From the NCBI RefSeq assembly GCF_964194155.1, contig NC_135898.1:68014001-68078000 (forward strand): a stretch of DNA of 64,000 nucleotides, read 5' to 3'. Shown one piece after another: positions 27,777 through 40,324 of the stretch (within the stretch, counting starts at the first letter, position 1; every line of letters starts with the position of its first letter). The position numbers and the translations under genes were made by a program. The notes under the pieces were generated by a model. That model searched no databases, had not been told where the DNA came from, and saw only the letters and a program-made list of their open reading frames with translations. Source of the DNA: Cetorhinus maximus. Its lineage: Eukaryota.

Positions 27777-28925
27777 ATGGGAGCTGAACTCTCCAGTGGA
27801 GGAAGCTCATCTGAGAAGGAAGCGAGGGCAAGAAGGGGGAGGAGGCCAGGGGTGCACAATCAGCCTCCAGGGGAGCCACCTTTGGGAGGACAGGTGCAGG
27901 CACAAGGGGCGCAGGGCCAAGAGGTAGTCCAAGGTGGAAGGGGCTGCAGAAGATGCCACTATCCTGCTGCCAGGGTATACAGGCGGCGAAGCAGCTACCT
28001 CAATATGTCTGAGGTGCAGTGCTGAAGGAGGCTCCCTCTCTCAAGGGAGGCAGTGAACTTTATCTGTCAGATGATTGGGCCTGAGATCTCCCCTATCTCT
28101 GTGAATGGACACCCAATGCCAGCGGCTTTGAAGGTCACAGCTGCCCTCAACTTCTATGCATCTGGCTGCATCAGGGCTTGGTGGGTGATCTTTGCGGTGT
28201 CTCCCAGTCAGCTGTCCACACTTGTGTCAAGCAGGTTACGGACGCTCTGTTCAGGTGTGCATTGACCTTCATCCACTTCCATTGGGACCAGGCAAGCCAG
28301 GCACAGCGAGCCAGAGGTTTCGTAGCCATTGCTGGCTTCCCCCGCGTCCAGGGTGCTATAGACTGCACACATGTGGCCATCAAGGCACCAGCAGGTGAGC
28401 CCGGTGCCTTCGTCAACAGGAAGGGCTTCCACTCCATGAACGTGCAGATAGTGTGTGCTCACAGGATGCTGATTCTACAAGTCTGTGCAAGGTACCCAGG
28501 CAGCTCCCATGACGCCTACATCCTCAGACACTCCCAGGTGCCGACGCTCTTCAGTGCTCCAGCCCGGCTGGATGGATGGCTACTGGGTGACGAGGGCTAT
28601 CCCCTCAGAAGGTGGCTCATGACACCTCTCCGCCATCCAAGAACAGAAGCTCAGCAGCGGTACAATAGGAACCACGCCTCCACAAGGGCTGTGGTGGGGA
28701 GAGCCATCGGCCTTCTCAAGATGCGCTTCCGGTGCCTGGACCATTGAGGAGGCGCACTCTAGTACCCCCCAGATCGTGTCTTGGTGATAGTGGTTGCATG
28801 CTGCGCTCCACAACATGGAGGATGAGCATGCACAGGGAAATGCTGAGGGGGTAGACACTGACCCGGGCATACTCTAGGGAGGCAGGGACACCCAGGATGC
28901 TCTAATCCAACGAACCTTCAGCTAG
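27777..28925 (+). pseudogene. Harbinger (HARBI1-like, DDE_Tnp_4) transposase pseudogene
   Basis: Motifs LKVTAALNFYASG, GDLCGVSQSAVH, GFPRVQGAIDCTHV, NRKGFHSMNVQ, YPGSSHDAYIL, WLLGDEGYPL, YNRNHASTR, GLLKMRFRCLD. Stops at ~28023, ~28745 and ~28760; frameshift at ~28170; the third catalytic E appears as G (VVGRAIG). Confidence 0.93.
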
Positions 28926-29267
28926 TACAACACAGAGGGACCTCCAGGACAAGCCTGGGCTGCCGCCTCGCTACTCGATACCTAAGTGCAAAATCTGCCA
29001 GGTCAGCAGCACTAACTAAAAGCCTGGTAAATAAAGCTGAATGTCCAACAAATCACTCATCACACTTCTGTCAACCATACACATACAGAAGAAACAAGGC
29101 ACCCTCATCCATGGTCACACATCTGGCATTTAATGTGTGAATCAGAAGTTATCACAAATAGAAAACAATAGCGTTAACAATCAAAAATAAATCATAACGA
29201 CCTAATCTCCGGCCAACACAAAAGCACCAGTGAAAAACCCGTGGTGTGCTTCAGATGCTTTATGCTT

Positions 29268-31236
29268 TCATTTACGGGTGCTACGTCTTGGTACTGCCCC
29301 ATCGCTCGGAGTGGGACCTGAGCCAGCCTGATGACTCTGCTGTCCTGTTGGCCTTGATGACCTTGGCTGTCGTCCTCTGGCCCGTGGAACCTGTGTTGGC
29401 CCCGCCTGGGAGGGAGCTGCCAGTTCCACAGCTGGCATCTCCCCAGTCGTCGCAGCCTCACTGGATGATACAGTTCCTGGGAGAGGGGCGGAGGAGCTGC
29501 CGGCCTCATCCGGAGCGCCCTGAGAGGATCCCGCAGAGACGACAGGCAACTGCTGCACCAACATGAGGTTGCTTCAGACCTCCCTGCTCTCCGTGGATGG
29601 ATGGGCAATGAGCTGGGAAACTAGATGCCCACACCATCTCCCACACTGGCAATGAGCAGTTGAGGTCATTGCCGATGTGAGGGCTTGCTGGTTTGGGCGC
29701 ATCCCCAGGAAGCCCTGATGGGTCTCCTGGAGTAGGGTCTCCACAAGAGTCGCCACTCTCTCCATGGAGGACGCTAAGTGTTCAGACATGTGGCTCATTG
29801 CTTCAGCGGGCATCCACGTGGACTCCTCCACCACAGACACCATGCCAAGCATAAACTCATGTATCTCCCCCAGATGCTCCCGCACACCTGGCCGCATTTC
29901 CTGCACCCGCTGCGTCGCAGACAACTCCAGAGGCTCATCATCAGGCACCAACTGAGCATGTGCCTGGTCCCTTGCAGTCCTCCGACTGCTGGCACCATAG
30001 GCACTCTCCGTCTCTGCCAGCTCCTCCAGCGAGTGTGAAGTGCCGCCACTACTGTGCCCCGGGACACTAGCCATTGTTCTAATTCCCACCGAGATGCTAA
30101 TATCTGTGCTGGTGCCTGCCTCGCAGAAATGGCGTGACGCTGGTGAGACTTCAGGGCCCTCAGGTGAGAGAGGGGCAACTGCTGCTCCTCCTCCCAGCCG
30201 TGCTCTGATGATGCTGAAAGGAAGAACAAGGACAGTGGATCAGTTAGCACCTCCTGCTCGAAGTGGCTTATTATGGGGAGCTGTGCATGGCCACCTCCAG
30301 TCCTCACACGCTTGGCCGCATTGCTAGCATTCTCCTCCTGAGAAAGAGAGAAGAGCCTTGATTAGGGCAAATTGCACATGGACTCTGTTCACGCACGGAC
30401 CATCCCAACCAGTGGGACATATCAGGCCTCCAGTGCCTCCTCACCCCGCTGCTGCCGATCACTCAGATAAAGATGCCAGGCCTGCTCCCCACACCCCCCG
30501 CCACCCCCTTGGGCACATGCTGCTTACATCACATTAGGAACCAGACGGTATTTCCTCCCATAGCAAGGAGGCACAAGCACGTGCAGCACAGAGGGCAGCA
30601 GATGGTTTGTTGCCACACCACCTTGAAGCTCCCCTTCCACCATCTCATCACCCTGACTAGGACATGTCCTGGAGTTCTGAGTCTGCGCCTGGGTGCAGCT
30701 CCTCCAGGTTGCCCCCAAACCAGTCATGTGGGACTCAGATCAACACATACTGCAGGGAAAAACTCATCTCCTCATGACCCACTCAGGCCGACCTCAGCAT
30801 GGGCACTATCTGCTTGCCCACCCAGCAAAGGAAAAATGCCGTCAATGATTCAATGCAGTGACACTGAGACTTGGGGGGTGGGGGCCGCAGAGGGTAAGGC
30901 TACCTGCTGGGTTAAATGCCCAATGCCAACATGGTACCCACCCTTCCTGAGCGCAACAAATTGTTGAAGTGCTTGCAGCACTGGATCCAGGTGCGCCGCA
31001 CCACGTTGCGGGAGCTCACCACCTCCACCACCTCTTCCCAGGCATGTTTGGTCATGTGGGGGGGGCCTCCTCCTCCTATCCTGGGGGACTAACACCTCCT
31101 GCCGTGCTGCCACCTCCTCGAGGAGGGCAGCAAGACAATGATCAGGAAAATGAGGGGCACATTGGCACCCTGCTGGCCTACCCTCCAGCCTGGCCTGCTC
31201 ACCTGAACCCCTCTGCTGCGGCCTAGCACTGGCCAT
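29268..31236 (-). pseudogene. Spliced Myb/SANT-like (NAIF1/Myb_DNA-bind_5-like) Harbinger partner gene, disrupted
   Basis: Exon 1 (31236-30942): APHFPDHCLAALLEEVAARQEVL..(frameshift)..AWEEVVEVVSSRNVVRRTWIQCCKHFNNL, then a GT donor. Exon 2 from 30337 after a tctcAG acceptor: EENASNAAKRVRTGGG. Downstream coiled-coil-like region with SSMERVATLVE. Confidence 0.85.
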
Positions 31237-31422
31237 TGTGAGCAGCCTACAAAAGGCTGCCAGGCCTTCTTTTAAACAGATTGCCGGTTTGAATCAGCCA
31301 CCCAATCAAGCTAGAAAAGTATCTGTGCTGGTGCCTGCCTCGCAGAAATGGTGTGACGCTGGTGAGACTTCAGGCCCCTCAGGTGAGAGAGGGGGCATCT
31401 GCTGCTCCTCTACTCGGCCGTA

Positions 31423-31872
31423 GCAAGCAGTTTTATTCTGAAGCTCAGATTCACAGCAGAATGGGAGAGATTCGAGAGGTCATGTGGTATGCCTCTACCA
31501 AAGCTACAGCAGTTTCCCTTGGGTAATATTACTGGATTTTTTATAGTTAAACATCTATAAGGGAATGTTGCCTAGAAGGTGTTTACTTGTGGATCTGACC
31601 AAATAGAGAGTCTTTTTGGGGGAATGTTTTGTAAGACTAATTTTAACTGTGCAACTGTAATCTCATGAGCTTAAGTTTTCTTTTATTTTTGTTAATAAAA
31701 CTTTTACTTTTAATTTTTAAAATCCCAAAAATATTATTGGAGCTCTTACTGCTGAGATTGGTAAGTTGTCTTCTCATTTTCAGAATACAAAAAACAAGGG
31801 TATAGCCCCTATGCCAAGATTCCCTCTGGGATATAGTTTGCACAGCAATTAAGATCTGCTGTGGCCATAACA
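31423..31872 (+). mobile_element. LTR-like 3' fragment
   Basis: AATAAA at ~31694; ends ttccctctggg...gctgtggccataaCA. Confidence 0.5.
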
Positions 31873-32332
31873 GGCAACCAATCCCCTGCTTTTTCCAAAT
31901 CCAAATTAAAAAACGTCCATTGCACCCAGAGTACCAGGTGTAGTGGTAAGGGAAGATGGAACCTCTCTACAGAGTGAACTGTGGCTGCTTCTGCCTCCAA
32001 GCACGGCCTCTAGGACTGTTGGGAGCAGTGTTCTACTGGCCTGTCGCTAGGAGGCTGCTTCCAGGCACCTAAACTGGTCCCCTGCCATCTGGTGGAACTG
32101 GAGGCCAACTGGAAAATCCCAGTCATTCTCCTTTAATTGCCTTTTAAATGAGCCTGATCAGCTACCTATTGCATGGTGACAGGTAGACCTACCCCCATTC
32201 CCAAAAATAGTCTGCAGGCGGGATGAAGCCAGGGGACTGGCACACCAGCCGGTGAAGTTACTTTTAGCTCCCACCCGCCTCTGATCCCAGTCCCCAGTCT
32301 CCAGTTCAACCGACATTTCTATCAAACACCGT

Positions 32333-33290
32333 GGCCTGAATTTTAAGTTCCAAGGTCAGGCGGCACCTGAGCTGAACGCACATAAAATTGCGCGAAATGA
32401 TGTCGGGCGTGCGTCCCGACATCATCGCACACGCTTGCAATATTGAGGTTGTCGGGCACGAGTGGGAGTTGGAGCCCCACCTGCTGATAATTAAAGCCAT
32501 TAAAGCCAATTAAGGCCATTAAAAAGCCTATTGCCTGAGATTTTACGTTGCCTGCGCAATTTCACGCTCATCGCTCAGGCAAAACAGGCAGTTGGGCAGC
32601 ACGGTTTTATCAAATTGTCATCCAAGGTGCGGGGGAATAAAATGGGTCTGGAGCATTGCCATTGTGAGTAATGAGAAGTTTAGGAGATAGTTTGCAGCTG
32701 GTTGTTTAGTGAAACTTGACAGCTTTATCTCTGTTTTTAGCTTCAGTCTTTGCATTGCTAGCCTTCATTTCAGGACTCATTGGTACCTCCAAGGCCCCTG
32801 GAGGATTTATACCACGTGGACCCTTCCAGTCACCGGACAGCCTTCTGTTTCTTTGGTAATGGAGATTGTCTACTCCACTGGTGGGACCTCCTCTGAGGAG
32901 GAAGAGAGGGGCAGATGGGAGAGGAGGCCAGGTGTCCACAGGCAGTGTCCAAGGTAGCGACCTGTGGGAGAAGAGGCACAGGCACAGGGGGCAGAGGGGG
33001 CCACAGAAGATGCCACTAACCTGCTGCCAGAGGCAGTAATGCAGCTACCTCAGCATGTCAGAGGTTTAGTGCTGAAGGAGGCTCCACCTCACCAGGGAGA
33101 CTGCAACCTCCGTATGTTAAATGATTGGGCCTGAGATCACCTCCAACTGTGTAGGTAGCCAACCCATGTTAGTGGCTCTAAAGGTCACAGTGGCCCTCAA
33201 CTTCTATGCTTCTGGCTCTCTCCAGGGGTCAGAGGGGGATCTTTGTGGAGCATCCCAATTTCCACAGTTGCGTCAAGTTGGTCACTGACA
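32333..33290 (+). mobile_element. Truncated Harbinger element with 5' transposase remnant
   Basis: TIR ggcctgaatttt after AAACAC-CGT. Remnant SYLSMSEV..RRL..MIGPEI..ALKVTVALNFYASGSLQGSEGDLCG, related to 27777-28250. Confidence 0.85.
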
Positions 33291-33293
33291 CTA

Positions 33294-33609
33294 TAGGTTT
33301 ACATGGACTGTGTATTTACTGTGAACGTTAAAGTATAAGGTAGTTTTTGTAACTTGTATTAGCCTTACAAATCTGTATATATCTGTAAATGTATCTGTGG
33401 GTGAAGGAGTGTTGTAATATAACTAATCTTTTCTTGTTGAATAAATGCTTTATTCTTCTGCTAAAGGTTCATCAGCAGACTCCTGTGACTCTGTTCAGTG
33501 GCCACTCTCCATGTATCTAAACAAACAAATAATAGATAGGATCTATCAAGCTGGTTTCCACTCTGGGGTCAGGCTTGTCCAGGGGTAACCTCAGCCACGG
33601 ATCATAACA
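33294..33609 (+). mobile_element. LTR-like 3' fragment
   Basis: AATAAA at ~33440; ends ttccactctgggg...cggatcataaCA. Confidence 0.5.
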
Positions 33610-34508
33610 CCACAACTCTTAATATAGCGCCCCCTCCCCCCACTGAAAACTAGAGGTTCGGGGCCACGTTTGTGGAAGTCAGGTTCACGGAGCCAGGAGT
33701 TCTCCTGACTCTGCACACCCGACGTGCAGATGAAGACCCAGACCATGGAGTCTAGGAGTCCACTGACTGTTTCGGGTAAGCTTCAAACAAAGGCAGACTT
33801 GAATTGTACATAGGGGTGCTGTCTGGATATGTCCATTCCAGGGAAAGGCCCCGCAACCAGGGTTATTCAATTCAGAACTTTCCAGAAGCTTGATAGTCTG
33901 TGTTGAATAAGCAAACATCACCTGACCACCTTGGCAGCCATCTTCATCGCTGTCCATTTTAAACAAATAAAAAACAGTTCCAAAAGCTTCTGTACGAGCT
34001 CAGTCCACTGGTAAAATTATGAATATGATATGCCTTTACTGGGTATAACAAAAGCATGTATCAAAATGGGTCCTCGAAAATCATCAGAATGGTTACATTG
34101 TATGCATTTGTGCACTTACATGGGCCAGATCAAACCCTGAGTCCAGCAAAGATTGCAGAGCAACAGCTAGTTGGTGTAGCCGCTTTATGGAATGGGAAAT
34201 GTCTCATGTTGTGGCAGAGGACCAAAATCACTTGGAGACTATCTAATGACCTTGATTCCAAAATTAACAGTTTCCAGTGATTCATCATCAGGCAGCAACA
34301 AAAACATGAGTACCCATGAAGTCACATCAGCAACATGGATGAAATGCCCATGAATTGCAGTATGCCCAGCAACCAAACTGTGGAGTGGAAAGATTCAAAA
34401 ACAGTTCTAGTGAAAACCACAGGACATGAAAAGACAAAATTTACCATGGTACTAGCCTGCATGGTTGATGAACGAAATTAAAGTCAATGGTAATTATCAA
34501 ACATAAAA

Positions 34509-34660
34509 CCATAGAACCATAGAACCATAGAACATTACAGCACAGAAAACAGGCCATTCGGCCCTTCTAGTCTGTGCCGAAATATTATTCCGCTAATCCC
34601 ATTGACCTGCACCTAGTCCATAACCCTCCAGACCTCTCCCATCCCATCCATGTATCTATC
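34509..34660 (-). mobile_element. CR1 LINE 3' tail with (TTCTATGG)n repeat, inserted in the pogo ORF
   Basis: ccatagaa x3 followed by cattacagcacagaaaacaggccattcggccc. Confidence 0.8.
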
Positions 34661-35149
34661 TATGCTGAACATCAAGTTCCCTTCGGGTGTTTTTGTGCAT
34701 GAGGATGGAGGATGGAGTGAAGTTATGGATCGATAATGTGTGCAACAAGTGTCCCAGTGGCCTATGGAAAGAACTGGGCTTATTACTGTAGAACATGTTT
34801 AGATCCCATATAACCGATCAGATCAAGAGACGCCTGCAAAGAAATAACATCCACATTGCAGTTATACCAGGAGGTGTGATGTCCACAGTTCAACCTTGTG
34901 GATGTGTGCCTCAACAAGCAATTCAAGGATTGTGATCATGCCGAATAGAATAGGTAAATGGCTGGCAAAGAACAAACTTCACAGAGTGGAAATGTGCATG
35001 CTGGTCTGCTTGATGTTTCGTGTGGCTCCATCATCAAATCATGCGCAAATTGCCATCAGATCGTTCACAAATGTGGAGTATCCAAACAATGGATGCGGAG
35101 GAAGATGATTTGTTGTGGATGAATGATTCTAAAACTGAAACCATCAAAT

Positions 35150-35588
35150 CTGATCCAGGACAATGCTGCCCACTTTATTAGCACCCCATCCACCACCTTA
35201 AACATACATTCCCTCCACCACTGATGCACAGTGGCAGCATGTGTACCATCTACAAGATGCACTGCAGGAACTCACCACGGCTCCTTTGACAGCACCTTCC
35301 AAACACACAACCTCTATCAGCTAGAAGGACAAAGGCAGCAAATGCATGGAAACACCTTCCAAACTACAAACCTGCCTGACTTAGAAATATATCATTGTTC
35401 CTTCACTGTCGCTGGATCAAAATGCTGGAACTCCCTCCCAAACAGTACTATGGGTGTACCTACACCATAGGGACTGCAGTGATTCAAGAAGGCGGCTCAC
35501 CACCACCTTCTCAAGGGTAATTAGAGATGGGCAATAATTGATGGCCTAGCGAGCGATGCCCACATTCTATGAACGAATAAATTTTAAG
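35150..35588 (+). mobile_element. HER1-like LINE 3' fragment
   Basis: Encodes SFTVAGSKCWNSLPNS...FKKAAHHHLLKG; tail gatgggcaataattgatggcctagcgagcgatgcccacattctatgaacgaataa. Confidence 0.88.
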
Positions 35589-35672
35589 AAGTGGAATCCT
35601 TACAGTGATGCCATAGCCAGGGTGACTCAGAATGAATTTGATTAACTTTTTGCACTGGATGCCAAACACAAT

Positions 35673-36626
35673 GGTCAAAATCCTGTGGAGGTAATGCCTT
35701 CAACTAAATAAAGCCTTATAACAATAAAACATGTATTTCAAGTGCACAATCCCTTATAACAACAAACGTTGAAATTCATAATCCCACATCAAAGAATCTA
35801 TAACCACTTTTAATTGTCAATCAAATGGAAATGGCAGGCACCCTACTGAGTTATTGGGTGGTTCTGAAATCAGTCATGCAGCACTAACCCAGTAATAGAA
35901 ACTCTCAGACTTATGTCAACAGACAGAGTAAAATAGCAAGCAATCTTTTTTAATAAACACTCCAGACATTTTTTCCCCCAAAGATTTAAAGAGCTCGCAA
36001 GAGATCCAAATCACTTCTTTTTGGAAAGGTCCGCTGAAGCTTGTGCCACTCAGGAGCTTAACAAGCCAGCAGCGGGCCTTCCCCCGGGCTCAAGATCTCC
36101 AGGGGCAGAAGTCACCCCTGCCAAGAACTGCCGGCCAGAGGCTGGCAGGCCTTCCTGTGCTCAGCAGCGCCACAGGGGAGAGGGTGGCTGCTGCATGTAC
36201 TACACCCACCTGAAGCCTCAAATCAAGGAGGATCGCAGGCCCAGGTAAGTGATGGCAGGAAGGATTGACGGGGTATTAGAGTTTGGCAGCAATGGCAGGG
36301 GATGGCTTTCAGTGGCAACCCCTTCCTGATGCTGGGTCCCTTGATCAGGAACTGAGTGCCTTTGAATGAGGGACCTCTACCAGGAGTCTGCAAGCAAATA
36401 GGTCAGGGTTTGGTTGTCATACTTCCTGCATGGCGGATCCCTGCCTTCAGTGCAGTGGACTAAGGTCCCTGAATGGGCCTCAGTTGCAGTCCATGGGCCT
36501 TCGTGCCATGAACTTAATCGGGATGGAGGTGGGGAATTGGCGGGGTCCCCACCCACTATCCCCCAACCCAACTAAATGCCTTCCTGTCACCAAACTCATC
36601 ACAAGGGTAGCCATAAGATTCTGCCC
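35673..36626. mobile_element. Harbinger-derived MITE carrying a captured 295-bp segment
   Basis: TIRs ggtcaaaatcctgtgg / ccataagattctgccc, TSD AAT/AAT, target AAACAC-AAT-GAACTT. Confidence 0.8.
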
Positions 36627-38129
36627 AATGAACTTGACATTTATTAAAATGTTTTGATTGTGGTTAAAGGTATCCTTTTAGAATTAATACATTCAATAAA
36701 ATGTGCCACATTGATTTAACTTGAATCACTGGTTTTCTTTTCACATTTCCAAATGGCGACCACCTACACCAACACTAGTGGTTTACATTTTATACTCAAA
36801 GTTTTTATCAAGCCCTGTTTTTGGAAAGGTTTTGAGGTTTCAAAGGTCAGCTTATATTCCGTGATCTACGGTAGGTGTCGTTCACCTAATAATGGTTGAA
36901 ATTCTGATACAACTCAAAGGTAAATACGGCTGGAAACGGGTTTAGGAGCTACAGTCTAATAGATTTCGCACATAGAATAAAGTATAATTCTCTTTTACAA
37001 GTATTTTGAGAAGTAGGCTTTATAATCTTCTAAAGATATGAATTATTTCCAGTCATAGCTCTTGGCAACCAGTCTGTCCCCTTCAATAACCAAACCATGG
37101 AATATAAACTGATCTGGAAATTGTGTAACCCTCCTTTCACCTTTTGAAGATTACAATTCTCCATCAGTATTAATGTCAAGAGATGAATCTATGGCAAACA
37201 AGAGATCTGGGACACATGGTTTTAACAGATAATATGCAATAACCATCCATGATCTTTATTCCCTGCCTTTGTGATAGTATTTTTTTAAATGGGGGGAATA
37301 GAATGAAACATGGGGGAACGAACTTCCATTTTAAATATGAAAAAGTCATGTAACATAAAACACTTTGTTGTGTCTTTAATGCACAAATAGTTTGAAAGTA
37401 ATCCTATTTCTTGAATTTCATGATAATTACTTTGTAGGGTGGATTCATAGAGCTGCATTGTGAAGGTGACTACTGAAGCAGTGTTCTGAGGCCAGTGTTT
37501 GTATAGGGACAGCGTATGCCCAAGCATGAGTTGATCACAACCCATAATGCAAGGCCAACTCAATTATATCGTTTGACAGCATTCCTAATGTGTAGCATAT
37601 TAAGCATGGGAAGAGCACCAAGATTGTTGGGCAACGAGAGAGGAAGATTTTTGGTGGCAGCAACTTTTAAAGCTGGAATTGTCATTGAATACCCAAGGTA
37701 GTTCCATTCAGCCATCAGTTACTGGAAGTCCTGCTCCAGAGGGTTCTTGCATTGAAGAGTGGCCCAAGAGAGCACCCAGTAATAAGGAGGTCAGTCAGGG
37801 GTAAAATGCATCAATGCTGCCTCATTTGAAACTTCAACCTTGCAACAGATGAGGAAGGATTTTTTTCTGGCTTACACATCACAAGATCTTAATTGGTTGT
37901 TTTGCTATGCTTGTTTATGAGACTTCAGTGTCGACTAGGTACAGCATCACAGAGGGGAAGGTTTGCTTTTCCAACATCTGATCTCTGTAAACATATAGAC
38001 ATGCTAATTATCTTCTGCATCATCAGGCCATATTTTCAAAAATACTTTGGGTGCATCTACACCAGTAAATGGGTCACACAACAAATGGCTAATACTACAG
38101 AAGAAGAACATTTCTTATGGTTACATCTT

Positions 38130-39180
38130 ATGGAGTCATCGAATGATATAGCATTTAAAAAGGCCATTCACCCATCTTACCGGGTGCTGGCCCTTTGAAC
38201 GAGTTATCCAGTTGGTCCCACTTCCCCCATAAGGCTGCAATATTTTCCCCTTTCCAAGTATTTATCCAATTCCCTTTTGACAGAATCTGCTCCCAACATT
38301 CTTTCCGCAATGTATTCCAGATCATAACAACTCACTGACTAATTTGTTTCCTTATCTCACATCTAGTTCTTTTTCCAATTATTCTCATTAATCTGTAGCC
38401 TCTAGTTACCAATCTTTCTGCTACTGGAATCAGTTTCTCGGTAATACGCTATCAAAACACTTCAAGATTTTGAACATTTAAATCAAATCTCCCTTTCTCT
38501 AGTCTCTTCACAAAATTGAAGCCTTTGATCCTTTGTACGATTCTAGTAAGTCTCTTCTGCACCCTCTAAGGCTTTGACATTCTTCCTAAGGTGTAATGCC
38601 CAGAATTGGCCACAAGAATCCATCTGGAGTCTAACCAGTAAAAAAGCTTATCATTACTTCCTTGCTTTTGCTCTATACCTCTATTTACAAAGCCAAGTAT
38701 CCAGTGTGCCTTTTTTAAAGTTATACAACCTGTAACCCCAAGTCTGTTTCTGCACCCCCTTTAAAATTGCACCACATAATTTATATTGCCTCTACTCATT
38801 CTTTCAATCAAAATGAATCACTTCACACTTATGTAGATTAAATTTAATCTACCACATTTCTGCCCATTTCAAAGATCTGTCTACATGCTGAAGTCTGTTA
38901 CAACCTTCCCCACTGTTAATGATATTTCTGAGTTTTCTATCATCGGTGAATGTTGAAATGATGTCCTGTATACCTAAATCCAGCTCATTAATATTTAAGA
39001 GGAAAAGCAAATGGTTCCAATGCTGAGTTCTGGGGTACACCACTGCATACTTCCATCCAGTCTGAAAAACAGCCAAACATTCAATGTTACTCTTTGTTTA
39101 AACCATTTTTGAAAGTCCATGTACACAACATCAGCCACACTACTATCGTCTACCCTCTCCATTACTGCATCAATGTTCAC
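38130..39180 (-). mobile_element. CR1 LINE RT/3' fragment (decayed)
   Basis: VADVVYMDFQK, GVPQ-like motif, LLFLLNINELDLGIQDIISTFTDDRKL; CR1-type 3' tail near 38135-38200. Confidence 0.8.
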
Positions 39181-40324
39181 ATATAATAAGGTGGTTTATG
39201 TACCTGGATACTTTTTAATTGAGTTCTGTTCATATCTATTTGCATGAAAAGGCTGCACAAATCAAGAAACCTTACTCACCGACAAGACAATGGGGATGGT
39301 AGGTTGTGGGGAGTCATATTCTTATGATGTGTCAGTTACAGGAGAGGCTTTTCTTTGTGATATAAATATTGAGCCAACACTCAAAACATAGGAAAATAAA
39401 AGCACAATTGAGCCCAGGGGAAAAAGGTATATGTTACATACTAAGGTAATTTATTCCTTCTTACTCACGATATAATGCTTTGTGACTGATATTAATAACA
39501 GAAGAGGGCCTGAAGATGCTCACATGGAAATGGTATGTACTACAGGAGGCAAAGGAAGAGGAAGACATGTGATGCTGGGTAAAAATCATTTAGAAGCATT
39601 TTCCCCATATGTTTTCCAAACTCGCCCAGGGGGTGAAAAGAAGAATGATATAGAATTTAATTTATTTACAAGGTTCTAGTGTCATGTCACATGATCATCC
39701 CAACATAATTCTTTCCCAACATAATTCTTCGATAGGTACATAGTACAAATTAAAATAGATTATGCCAATAAAAAGTACTTTTACAACATCTCTTAATCAT
39801 GCTGATGACCTTAACTCAGCAACTAGGCAAGCAGTGAGCATGTTCACTGCATAAAATCAATTAATCTTTAAAAAAAGGAGTGTGTCTTTGCCGAGAGGAT
39901 AGAATATATATACATATATATATATTGCTGGGCATGAGTAGCAAACCAGCTGCCATTAGTTCAGGGAAAAGACAAACTAACCGGGGAAACTCAAGTTGCA
40001 GGTTAAACGATTGTTCCTCAGTCAATACTGATTAACTGGGAAGCCTTGAAATATATCCATAGTCTTATATACGATTGAATACAGGCAAGAACTACATACA
40101 GGGAATTAATCAATTGTTAATTTTTAATTACCAGCTACAAGTAGGGATGGCTAATTCTGAAAATAGCCAGCAAATTTAGAAACATTGATGGCTGAAGAGA
40201 TGCAAAAAAGCTTTTAAGAAAAGTTAACCGGGAAACTCTTAAATACCAATAAGCTATTAATTGACTACAAGCTGCTGTCGCTTACTATTAAGTTGGAATT
40301 GCTCCTGGGTGTGATCTAAAAGTC

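Larger units (their letters stand above)
27276..31320 (+). mobile_element. Near full-length PIF/Harbinger transposon, right end missing
   Basis: Left TIR gggcagaatttt at 27276; convergent transposase (+) and Myb/SANT (-) genes. Confidence 0.9.
34040..36871 (+). mobile_element. pogo-family (POGK-like, DDE_1) transposon remnant with three nested insertions
   Basis: Decayed ORF WVLENHQNG..ATASWCSRFM..QRTKI..SNMDEMP..VKTTGHEKTKFTMVLAC..KLWIDNV..IAVIPGG..DVCLNKQFKD; right terminus ...gtgatctacgg followed by TA at 36872. Confidence 0.8.

Noticed and set aside
28178-28747. Host HARBI1 gene call
   Set aside because: It is embedded in a TIR-bounded element with a Myb partner, flanking stops and frameshifts, and loss of the catalytic E. 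It is a transposon pseudogene.
30473-30967. 164-aa plus-strand ORF
   Set aside because: It is antisense to the intron of the Harbinger Myb gene; a GC-rich chance ORF.
39270-39420. Minus-strand donor CG|GTGAGT with a possible exon
   Set aside because: No strong acceptor, and stops in all three frames.
39698-39729. 16-bp tandem duplication tcccaacataattctt
   Set aside because: An ordinary slippage duplication with no sign of an associated element.
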